From the NCBI RefSeq assembly GCF_001548275.1, contig NZ_AP014945.1:360001-392000 (forward strand): a stretch of DNA of 32,000 bases, read 5' to 3'. Every line of letters starts with the position of its first letter. Positions within the stretch are counted from its first letter, which is position 1. This document shows positions 16,763-25,327 of the stretch, piece by piece. The notes under the pieces are model-generated. The model was not told the DNA's origin. It made no database searches and saw nothing but the letters and a program-made list of their open reading frames with translations. The DNA comes from Caldimicrobium thiodismutans (lineage in GTDB: Bacteria > Desulfobacterota > Thermodesulfobacteria > Thermodesulfobacteriales > Thermodesulfobacteriaceae). Made by a program: the position numbers and the translations under genes.

Positions 16763-19516
16763 TTAAAAAGATTTATTCATGAGGGAAGTTAGTTCAGCAA
16801 AAGTTTTGGGGATTCTTGATTCGTTAAAATCTTTTTGCATCACTTTTAAATATTTCCATTCTTGTCCTGTTTGAGTTGTTATATCCATGCACCATTTTTT
16901 AATTGCTTCATCTTTTTTGTCAGTGTCTTCATATTCTTTACCTTTTGTTTCAATAATCCAGAAAACTTTTTTACTGCCAACTTTTTGCACAGCAACGAAA
17001 TCGGGATAATAAAATCTTATTGCTCCTTTTGAACTCAAATAGTCAATAGAGAATTTATCAGCAAGGGCAGAAAATTTTTCTATGTCGTTAGCATTATCAA
17101 GAAAATTAGCAAACTTTTCCTCAAAATTATTATAAACCGCAACAAAGTTGAATACTGTCTTTTTGCATCTTAAATGTTTCCTTCTCCAAATAAAAGGCTC
17201 GATAGACGATAGCTTAAAAGAACCCAATTTTATCACTTCTTTTTTTGTCTCAACAGAAATTTTGCCTATCTCTTTTGCTAATAAATCAATGACTGCTTCT
17301 TGAATTGAAATATCATTCAAGTTTTTCCTTAATTTTTCGTCTTCAATATCTTTTATCTTTGTTTCAAAACATCTTTCAAGGAGGTATCTTTCAACTATGG
17401 GGTATAAATTATTAAATTCAGAAGTAAGGCGTGCCCTTTTCATAACCTCCCGAACTATGTCAGAGACAAGTTCTCTACCAGATGGTAGAAATGATACATC
17501 TACTGCTACTTGATGAACCTCTGTTTCAGTTACAGGGAACTCCATTCTTAAAAGAATTTTTCTTTCTTCCTCAAGTTTATCCGAGGAATAAAGTGACGGA
17601 ATTTGTAATGGATCTAAAGTTTCTATTTTTTTATAATTTCTTGAAAACCTAAACTCAGTTCGAGGGATTTCAATATCATAAATCAATCTTGATTTTTCTG
17701 GAGCAATTGTTATAGGTAAAGGAGGCGGAGTTTTTGTTGTATTAATCCCAACCCCTTCTTTTTCAAGTTCACGGACAAAATTTTCAAATGCTTCTGTGCC
17801 CATTACTTCAAGGGTCTGGGTATGGTCTGGACTTATTCCTCTTATCAACCTCAATCCTCTTCCTACTGCCTGTTCAGGCAAAATCTGTGCTTTAGAAGTA
17901 AAGGGTCTTAATCCTAATACTATGGTTACATTTTGCACATCCCAGCCTTCTCTTAACATCAAATTACTTACGATTATTTTGATTTTGTTATCCGGTTCGT
18001 CAATTTTTCTTGCCAGTTCTCTTAATTTTGGAAGGTCTTTTTCTGAAATCTTTATTTCCGTCTCTCCTTCTCCTTTTGATTTCACATGAATAACCATTAC
18101 CTCCTCTTCAGGATTTTTAATAAATTCTTTCAAATCTTTTCTTTTTCTTATTGCTTCAGCGATTTTGTCAGCATACTCATTTTTCTCAGCCATAATAAAT
18201 AAAACTGGTTTCTTGCCAACCGTTGTATAAACTTCATAGTGTTCCTTCCATCGTTCAATTGCAGCAGTTATCCAGTCCCAATATTTCTGGACTACATTAT
18301 CTTTTGATATGCTTTCAGGGTCTTTTTTATCAACGCGATGCACTATCAATGGTGATTTGACAATCCTGTCCTCAACCGCTTGAGCAAGAGGATAATCAAC
18401 TATAATCCAGGGGTAATAGGTTCCTGTTTGTGTCTTAGGTGTAGCTGAAAAGTCAAGCCAGAGATCTATTCCATCAGGTAATGATTTATGGATTGACATA
18501 AGTGTTTTATGCCACTGTAATTCTTCATCATGAACATGGTGCGCTTCATCATTTATCACCATCAAACTGCTCAATTTTTTTATCTTATCAATTAAAGTTT
18601 CAGGCGATTTTGTTAAGTCCTTTTGAGGTTTCCTGCCAAGAATATCATCCACTATACTTTCAGGTGTCCATTCTTCCCTTCTTGATTCATATAACTGTTG
18701 AATATTGTTAACAATGAGATTGCCTGATGGATTTAAAGGTGAATTATCCCCTCGTAATGTAACTTTGATATTCCAGAGTGGTTTCCAGGCGGGAGGAATT
18801 AAAGGCAAAGAGTAGAAGATTTTATTATCAGCAAAATCTTTTGCCAATCTTTCATATACAATTACATTTGGAGCAATAATTAAGAAATTATCAGGATAAC
18901 GAGAGTCCTTTTCTCTGAGTCTATTAAAATAAGACCAGACAATAATTAAAGCCATAGCAATAGTTTTCCCGGAGCCCGTTGCCATTTTAAATGCGTATCT
19001 TAAAAGTCCTTTCTCAGGAAGGTCTTGCTCTCCTTTCTGTTCAAGCTCTGGAAAATACCTGATAAGCTTTCTTCTCCCCTCTGTATCCTCAACAAACTCA
19101 ACCGCATTACTAAATAAATCCTTCCTGAAATTTTCTGCATAGGTTTCAATTACCGGTTTTAAATCATCATATTTTTTTACTTCAAAGAGATAAATAAGGG
19201 TTTCAACTGCCTCTCTTTGACAGAACCAGAACTTGAAAGGTTCAGCGTTAACTTGATGGTCATTGAAAAACCAGAAATAAAGTAGTTCTCTTGTGGTATC
19301 AGTTACTTCAGGATAATCGTTATCACGCCACCTATCCACCTCTTCCCTTAGTTTATTTACAAGTAGCATCTTGCTCGGTCTTCTTCCTTCAACTACCTTG
19401 TAAGAATTTTCTCCATCTTTAATTAAATGAGAAACAGGCTTTTTGGATGGGTCTCTGTCTTCAATATAAGGAAGTGTCTTGTCGTATTGAACCCAGGTTT
19501 TTGGTGCTTTATTCAT
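16763..19516 (-). CDS. res: Type III restriction enzyme Res subunit (SF2 DEAH ATPase + C-terminal PD-ExK nuclease)
   Basis: Q-motif FCQREAVETL, motif I MATGSGKT, motif II VINDEAHHV, motif VI QAVGRGLR. C-terminal nuclease motif YYPDFVAV-(x14)-IIETKG (about nt 16940..17011). The start lies 1 nt after the mod stop, with GGAGGTGA embedded in mod's last codons. Confidence 0.85.
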   Translation of the reverse strand: MNKAPKTWVQYDKTLPYIEDRDPSKKPVSHLIKDGENSYKVVEGRRPSKMLLVNKLREEVDRWRDNDYPEVTDTTRELLYFWFFNDHQVNAEPFKFWFCQREAVETLIYLFEVKKYDDLKPVIETYAENFRKDLFSNAVEFVEDTEGRRKLIRYFPELEQKGEQDLPEKGLLRYAFKMATGSGKTIAMALIIVWSYFNRLREKDSRYPDNFLIIAPNVIVYERLAKDFADNKIFYSLPLIPPAWKPLWNIKVTLRGDNSPLNPSGNLIVNNIQQLYESRREEWTPESIVDDILGRKPQKDLTKSPETLIDKIKKLSSLMVINDEAHHVHDEELQWHKTLMSIHKSLPDGIDLWLDFSATPKTQTGTYYPWIIVDYPLAQAVEDRIVKSPLIVHRVDKKDPESISKDNVVQKYWDWITAAIERWKEHYEVYTTVGKKPVLFIMAEKNEYADKIAEAIRKRKDLKEFIKNPEEEVMVIHVKSKGEGETEIKISEKDLPKLRELARKIDEPDNKIKIIVSNLMLREGWDVQNVTIVLGLRPFTSKAQILPEQAVGRGLRLIRGISPDHTQTLEVMGTEAFENFVRELEKEGVGINTTKTPPPLPITIAPEKSRLIYDIEIPRTEFRFSRNYKKIETLDPLQIPSLYSSDKLEEERKILLRMEFPVTETEVHQVAVDVSFLPSGRELVSDIVREVMKRARLTSEFNNLYPIVERYLLERCFETKIKDIEDEKLRKNLNDISIQEAVIDLLAKEIGKISVETKKEVIKLGSFKLSSIEPFIWRRKHLRCKKTVFNFVAVYNNFEEKFANFLDNANDIEKFSALADKFSIDYLSSKGAIRFYYPDFVAVQKVGSKKVFWIIETKGKEYEDTDKKDEAIKKWCMDITTQTGQEWKYLKVMQKDFNESRIPKTFAELTSLMNKSF

Positions 19517-19517
19517 G

Positions 19518-21380
19518 TTATTTCACCTCCACATCAAAAATTTGTGATGTATCAATTCCAAAGATGTCAATAACTTTAACAAAAATTTTGTATTTACCCG
19601 GTTTTTCATAAGTATGTGTTGCTTTTAAATTTAGTGCTCTATTTTTCTTTGTCCTGTAAGATGTCCAGCCATTGTGAAAAGTGTCGCTCTTAAAGTCAAA
19701 ATCAATCGCCCAATAATCAATCCAGTCAGTCCATTTTTTGATCTTGTTCCGAACCTCATCTGGAATTAAATCAGTATGGGGAATAACAAAATCTTTTAGC
19801 TCTACTTCTACTTCTCTGCCTTTAGTTTTTATATCAACCTTAAAATAAGCAAGTTCAAAGAATCGGATATCCCCTTTTTTAACTGCCTCTTTGTCTAAAA
19901 CATCCATTGGTATGATTCTTAGTTTCAGTTTTACACCTTCTTTTTTGGCAATCTCTTCAATGGCATCATTTAATCCCATTTCCCATTCCCAGCCAAGGAT
20001 ATGAAGTTCTTTTCCCCCTTGAGATTTACAATCTTTTATAGCATCAATGCACTCTTGTATGGTAACAGGAGAATCCACTGCACCAACATAGACAAGGGCA
20101 TTTCCTTTTTTACCGTGTATATGAGTAAAACCTCTAACAGGCTCAGCACCATAAAGTTTTAAGATAAAAGCAAGGTATTCAAATAATGCCTGTTTTTCGT
20201 CTTTGTTTGTAAATGTCTTAACTTGCCAGAGTTGACGCTCATATTTGCCAAGATTTAAAATCTCAAAAGGTCTTGCTTTTTTACCGTATTTTTTACCTTC
20301 ATTTTCTAAATCCTTTGAGTTTTCAATATCAAGAAGCCGTTTCCTTGTTATGTGAATTGCATATCTTGATAAATCGCACCCAATCCATCTTCTTCCAAGT
20401 TTCTCTGCAACTGCTAAGGTTGTGCCTGAACCACAGAAGAAGTCAGCAACAAGGTCACCAGGATTGGAAGAGGCAAGAATAATGCGCTTTAATAAGGCTT
20501 CAGGTTTTTGGGTGTCAAAACCTACCCTTTCATTAATCATCGCAACACCTGTAGGAATATAAATCCAATCCTCAGGAAACTTACCTTTTTCTGGTAAAGT
20601 TATAGTTACTTCCTCTTTTCCATGATGAAAAATTTTCTTTCTACCTTCCATCCTTTTAGATGCCTCACTAAATTCTTGTCTTATTCTATCAGGTTCAAAA
20701 ATATAATTATCAGATTTTGTATACCACAAGATACAATCATGTCTTCTTGCTAAAACTTTTATGCCAGGAGAAGTTGCACCACTATAACACCACACTATCT
20801 CATTTCTAAAATTCTCATACCCAAAAATCTCATCCATCATCACCTTTACATAATGTCCAACACGCCAGTCAAGATGCACATAGATTGAGCCATTTTCAGC
20901 AAGTAGTTCTTTCATCAAAACAAGTCGTTCATACATCATCTGTAAGTATGAATCAAGTCCCTTCCCCCAGGTATCCCTGTATGCCTTTTCCTCAATGATT
21001 GAGTGTTCTTTTGTAATTTCCTCTGCTTCTTCTCCAACCTGAATCCTGAATTTAAAGTCAGCACCAGTTGCAAATGGTGGGTCAATGTAGATTAGATTTA
21101 TCTTTCCAGCAAATTTTTCAAGAAGTGAAGACATAATAAGTTTGTTATCTCCCCAAATGAGTTTATTACGCCACCCTTCCTCAAAAGTATTTCCTTCATC
21201 GCTTTCCCAATAGTCAAAAAGAGTTCCTTGCCCCACTTCTTTTCCTGTCCTCGGCTTGTTTATAACCTCAACAATCTGAAATGGATAAGGACCTGGCCTT
21301 TCAACTGGATTCAGTTTCCCCTCTTCATCATATTTTCCAAGCCAGACAAGTTCAGTTTTGTTGATATTGATTTTAGGCAT
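19518..21380 (-). CDS. mod: Beta-class (N6-adenine/N4-cytosine family) DNA methyltransferase, Type III Mod-like, with PKD-like C-terminal domain
   Basis: Motif IV IYIDPPF precedes motif I DFFCGSGTTLAVAEKLGRRWIGCDLS, which is the beta permutation. DPPF favours m6A. The last ~60 aa (WTSYRTKKNRALNLKATHTYEKPGKYKIFVKVIDIFGIDTSQIFDVEV) match the PKD beta-sandwich signature. Confidence 0.85.
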   Translation of the reverse strand: MPKININKTELVWLGKYDEEGKLNPVERPGPYPFQIVEVINKPRTGKEVGQGTLFDYWESDEGNTFEEGWRNKLIWGDNKLIMSSLLEKFAGKINLIYIDPPFATGADFKFRIQVGEEAEEITKEHSIIEEKAYRDTWGKGLDSYLQMMYERLVLMKELLAENGSIYVHLDWRVGHYVKVMMDEIFGYENFRNEIVWCYSGATSPGIKVLARRHDCILWYTKSDNYIFEPDRIRQEFSEASKRMEGRKKIFHHGKEEVTITLPEKGKFPEDWIYIPTGVAMINERVGFDTQKPEALLKRIILASSNPGDLVADFFCGSGTTLAVAEKLGRRWIGCDLSRYAIHITRKRLLDIENSKDLENEGKKYGKKARPFEILNLGKYERQLWQVKTFTNKDEKQALFEYLAFILKLYGAEPVRGFTHIHGKKGNALVYVGAVDSPVTIQECIDAIKDCKSQGGKELHILGWEWEMGLNDAIEEIAKKEGVKLKLRIIPMDVLDKEAVKKGDIRFFELAYFKVDIKTKGREVEVELKDFVIPHTDLIPDEVRNKIKKWTDWIDYWAIDFDFKSDTFHNGWTSYRTKKNRALNLKATHTYEKPGKYKIFVKVIDIFGIDTSQIFDVEVK

Positions 21381-21383
21381 AAT

Positions 21384-24209
21384 TTATACCTCCTCAAGTT
21401 CCTTTGTTTTGAATTTAATTATGCCGTTTTGCGAACAATAAAATCTAAAATCACACTCCTTACAAACTTTTTCAGTATCAGGTGGAATATTGACTCTAAA
21501 ATTTTCTGATTTAATTTTTTTAACCACTTCATCAAAATAATTCCACGCTGCTTCTATATCTTTCTCTGAATACTTCATTTCCATCAAGGCATCCTTTCTT
21601 TTTTCTTCCGATGTCCAGTAGATATATATTTTTTCTACTGGCTTATTATATCTTTCTTTTAAAATATACGCATATAAACAAAGTTGTTTAAAGTATTTGT
21701 CAATAAGTTCAGGATTTTTCTCTTGTTTCGGCTGTGTTTTGAAATCAAGTATTTCAAATTTTCCATCCTTTGACATTAAAAGATCTATTTTGCCTGTAAT
21801 TATATAATCTTCTTTCTCAACCGAGACCTCCACTTCCGTTTCAGAAATCCTTTCAAGAATATCCTGGTTTTGATTGAAGTAATTTATCACCTGTTTTAAG
21901 GCTACCTCTTTTTGTGTCTTTGAAATAGGTCTTAATCCTGAAAGGAGCAGGGCTTTATAATTTTGCTCAAACCAGTTTTCTATATCCTGGGTTGTAAAAC
22001 TTTTTCTATCAAGAACCGCACGATGGATGTCTTCTATTGTATGGTGAACCAAACTTCCAAACAAAACCTGGGCAGAACGAGAAGGCTGAAACTCATATTC
22101 TTTATAAAAAAGATACTGTTGGGGACAGGTCTCATAAACATTAATGTTTGAAAGAGAATACGATTTTTTAGGAACAAATTGAGGTTTTGACTGAAATTTT
22201 TGCACCTGTAATGTTTCTTTTTCCACATAAGGGTACTGATCAAGCCCTTCCCAGATAGTAGAAAACCAATCCTGAGGTTTTTCTGGTGTGGTTAAGACGA
22301 GCAATTTTTGTGCCCTGGAAAAAGCAACATAATAATGTCTTAATCTGTCAAACTTAGTCATCTGTTCTTCAGTTTCAAAAGTTCCTCTCTTAGAGAATGG
22401 AAGAAGGTCGCGGTCCACCTGCTTTTGAACAGCAAATTTTTTATGGAGCGAACCTACAAGAACTACTGGAAACTCTAACCCTTTTGCCTGATGAATTGTC
22501 ATAATCTGGACAAACCCCTTGGGTATAGGATTGTATGGGTCTTCATATTCATCAATTCCTGTTTGCATTAGAAAATTTAGAAAACTGCCAAAGAGATAAT
22601 TTTTAATAAATTCTTTATTCTTAGCTGTTACCAGTGAAATATCGTAATAATCCATAAACACTGAGAGAAGCTTTGAAAAAATAGAAAGATTATATGCTTT
22701 GTTTTTATCTTTAAGAAACGCAGAAAAAGGTTGATATGCAAGGAGCTGATAAAAGTAATCAAGTATTGTCAGGTCAAGGGAACCTGTTTTTAAATTTTCT
22801 ATCTGTCTTACCTTTCTCCGCAAGTAATCCTTGAGTGCCTGGTTTATGTTTTTGGGTAATAATTTTATTGACTCTTCAATGTATTCCCTGTGAGGGTATT
22901 CTTTAAGTATATCTCCATAAAACCCAAAAATGATTGAATAACAAGCAATGAGTAATTTAACTTCTGTATTTTCAAAATACTTCTTTGCCCGTGGAGAAAA
23001 ATAAGGGATGTTATCGTCTTTTAATGCATTAATGTAGTGTGAACTGTGTTCAGACTTAACACTTTTTAAAAGAATTGAAACATCACTCCAATCTTCAATA
23101 ATCTTTTTGTTTTTTAAAAATTTTATAAGTTGAACAACTCTCTTTGCTTCGTCCTTTTCGTCTCTTCCCCAGATACAAAAAACAGCCGGATATTCGGGAA
23201 ATTCTGCAGAAGGGTCAGGTTTTATTTCCTTTGGATATCTAAATCCGTTCCAGTCAATTGAAGTTATAAATTTATTATATTTTTCAATTATCTTTTTATG
23301 CGACCTGTAATTGATTGTCAATTTTATCTGTTTACAATTTTTAAAGTGTTTAGGAAATTCTAAAATGTTTCTTACCGTTGCTCCTCTGAAACGGTATAAA
23401 GATTGGTCTTCATCTCCAACCACACATATATTATTTTCAGGACTTGCAAGTTTAAGTAGAATCTGCTCCTGAATATAATTTGTGTCCTGATACTCATCTA
23501 CCATTATGTATCTTATTTTTGATTTTATCTTTCGATAAACCTTTTCATTACATAGTAACTCATAAAAGATTTTTAGAAGATGGGCAAAATCCACCCTGTT
23601 GGTCTCAAATAATTTTTGGCAATATGCTTTATAACAACCTGCAAGAGCCATTAGAAATTCATCATTAGAGTCTTCTAATTTAGAAATATCTATCATTTCC
23701 TCTGTTATTTTATTTAGATATGGAACCACTTCTTTAATTGCCCTCCATTTTTTAGCCCATTTGCCTAAAAACTTTCCGTCCCTTTTAATCATTACTTCAT
23801 CAAAATTTTCATAAATAAAAAATATCTGCGTTAACTCCTCTAATACTGAATATCCTCTTTTAAGAGGAGTATAAGAAAGGAACTTCATAATATACTCATT
23901 ACATAAACTATGGATAGTTCCCATCTTTATAAGATGGAGTTGCCCCTGATAATTAATTTTTCGTGCAAGTTGGCTTATTCTGTCTCTCAATTCATAAGCA
24001 GCCTTTTCAGTAAAGGTCGTAAGTATAATTTCATCTGGTTGAGCCTTTTCAGAGATAAGAAGATACAGGGTTCTTGCAACAAGGGTAAGTGTCTTACCTG
24101 TTCCAGGACCTGCAATAATAAGAAGAGGTCCATCGGTTGTAGTAATTGCCTCAATCTGGTCATCATTTAAAGAAGGAATAATCTCTTTTATTTTATCAAT
24201 TGCATTCAT
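21384..24209 (-). CDS. UvrD/PcrA-family SF1A helicase fused to a Cas4/AddB-type PD-(D/E)xK nuclease with a 4-Cys (Fe-S) motif
   Basis: Motif I IIAGPGTGKT, motif II IMVDEYQDTN, motif III VVGDEDQSLYRFRGA, INYRSHKKI, TIHQAKGLEFPVV and VAFSRAQKLLVL. The C-terminal ~260 aa carry YETCPQQY, GKIDLLM...EILDFKT (D...D-x-K), QLCLYAYIL and CKECDFRFYC (C-x2-C-x5-C, nt ~21435..21464). Confidence 0.85.
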   Translation of the reverse strand: MNAIDKIKEIIPSLNDDQIEAITTTDGPLLIIAGPGTGKTLTLVARTLYLLISEKAQPDEIILTTFTEKAAYELRDRISQLARKINYQGQLHLIKMGTIHSLCNEYIMKFLSYTPLKRGYSVLEELTQIFFIYENFDEVMIKRDGKFLGKWAKKWRAIKEVVPYLNKITEEMIDISKLEDSNDEFLMALAGCYKAYCQKLFETNRVDFAHLLKIFYELLCNEKVYRKIKSKIRYIMVDEYQDTNYIQEQILLKLASPENNICVVGDEDQSLYRFRGATVRNILEFPKHFKNCKQIKLTINYRSHKKIIEKYNKFITSIDWNGFRYPKEIKPDPSAEFPEYPAVFCIWGRDEKDEAKRVVQLIKFLKNKKIIEDWSDVSILLKSVKSEHSSHYINALKDDNIPYFSPRAKKYFENTEVKLLIACYSIIFGFYGDILKEYPHREYIEESIKLLPKNINQALKDYLRRKVRQIENLKTGSLDLTILDYFYQLLAYQPFSAFLKDKNKAYNLSIFSKLLSVFMDYYDISLVTAKNKEFIKNYLFGSFLNFLMQTGIDEYEDPYNPIPKGFVQIMTIHQAKGLEFPVVLVGSLHKKFAVQKQVDRDLLPFSKRGTFETEEQMTKFDRLRHYYVAFSRAQKLLVLTTPEKPQDWFSTIWEGLDQYPYVEKETLQVQKFQSKPQFVPKKSYSLSNINVYETCPQQYLFYKEYEFQPSRSAQVLFGSLVHHTIEDIHRAVLDRKSFTTQDIENWFEQNYKALLLSGLRPISKTQKEVALKQVINYFNQNQDILERISETEVEVSVEKEDYIITGKIDLLMSKDGKFEILDFKTQPKQEKNPELIDKYFKQLCLYAYILKERYNKPVEKIYIYWTSEEKRKDALMEMKYSEKDIEAAWNYFDEVVKKIKSENFRVNIPPDTEKVCKECDFRFYCSQNGIIKFKTKELEEV

Positions 24210-24910
24210 AACAGCTTTTCTTTTTTAAAACTTAAATAGCCATTAGCAGTAACAATAAGATGATCATAAAGCAAAAGACCTACTGATTTAGCTGCTATCT
24301 CAATAACCTTTGTTAAATTTTTGTCATATTCTGAAGGTTCTAACTTACCATTTGGATGATTATGGGCAAGAATTATTGCATAGGATTTCCTCTTTAGCGC
24401 CTCTTCAATTATTGCCCTTGGATAAACAACCGTCTTATCAATAGTTCCTGAAAAATAAAATTCTTTCGCAGGAAAATCTTTCTCTTGCTGTATTTTTAAT
24501 CCACTATCCAAATAAATTACTAAAAATTCTTCCTCCATTTTATGCCCAATCCTTTCAATACAATATTTTGCAATCGCATCTATAGATTCAAAAACTGGTT
24601 TTTCTAAAGCTTTTTGCTTGTTATAAATGATATTAATTTCTCTTATAAGTTTTATTAAAGTAATAAATTTATCTTTTATATATCTAACAGATTTTAATTC
24701 TTCCTCTTTTGCATCAAAAATACCTTTTATAGAACCAAATTTATTAAGAAGCTCTTTTGCTATTGGTTTAACATCTTTTTGGGGAAGAACATAAGTTAAA
24801 AGCAATTCAACTATTTCATATTCTTGTAATCCCTCAGAACCAAACTGCATCAACCTCTTTCTCAACCTTTCTCTATGCCCCAAATAATGTTTCTCGGTAT
24901 TATATTTCAT
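24206..24910 (-). CDS. radC: RadC-family JAB/MPN domain protein
   Basis: N-terminal RadC HhH region (HRERLRKRL...ELLLTYV). C-terminal JAMM-like signature ILAHNHPNGKLEPSEYD. Its stop overlaps the helicase-nuclease start (ATGA at 24206..24209). Confidence 0.9.
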   Translation of the reverse strand: MKYNTEKHYLGHRERLRKRLMQFGSEGLQEYEIVELLLTYVLPQKDVKPIAKELLNKFGSIKGIFDAKEEELKSVRYIKDKFITLIKLIREINIIYNKQKALEKPVFESIDAIAKYCIERIGHKMEEEFLVIYLDSGLKIQQEKDFPAKEFYFSGTIDKTVVYPRAIIEEALKRKSYAIILAHNHPNGKLEPSEYDKNLTKVIEIAAKSVGLLLYDHLIVTANGYLSFKKEKLL

Positions 24911-24933
24911 ATTTTTTTGATACTTTCATCTTT

Positions 24934-25027
24934 AAATTTACCCTACCCAATGATTCAGCATCAATTTTTTCCCTTAGGAATTGTAAAAAATTAGAAGAAA
25001 ATTTACCTCATAAGGCAAATTTACCTC
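24934..25027. repeat. Three direct copies of AAATTTACC(T/C)C in the leader/promoter region of the radC operon
   Basis: Copy 1 is 24934..24942 (aaatttacc). Copies 2 and 3 are 24999..25009 and 25017..25027 (both aaatttacctc), identical and 18 bp apart. They read GAGGTAAATTT on the coding strand of the operon. Confidence 0.5.
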
Positions 25028-25168
25028 CTTTTTGATCTGACCTGATTTATTATCATTTAACATCAGACAATAGTATATAAATAAAAAAAACAAAAAGGCA
25101 AGTTCATTTTTTAATAATTTTTTATGGTGGCTATGGGGGCTTTCGGAAAAGAGTGTAAGCCAGGATAT

Positions 25169-25327
25169 TCAAGGACAAAAATATTTAAGAAGCCATCTTT
25201 CAACAGGATAATACAGCCCTCCATGGGTGTGCCCTGAAAGCATAAGATCAAAAAGCCTAAGAGGTAAATCCCATTTAACATTTACCTTTAACTTTTTATG
25301 TCTTTTAATTTTGGAGTTTAGGAAAGT
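25169..25327 (-). pseudogene. Remnant of a calcineurin-like metallophosphoesterase gene
   Basis: The minus-strand frame reads ...KVNVKWDLPLRLFDLMLSGHTHGGLYYPVERWLLKYFCP*. It contains the classic D-L-x-L-S-G-H-T-H-G-G motif (GHTHGG at 25234..25217). It has no usable start codon, lacks the N-terminal metal-binding motifs, and its C-terminal continuation is out of frame. Confidence 0.45.

Noticed and set aside
19518-21380. Phase-variable simple-sequence repeat in the Type III mod gene
   Set aside because: I looked for long homopolymer or short tandem repeat tracts, which are common in host-adapted pathogens' mod genes. None longer than a few nucleotides was seen.
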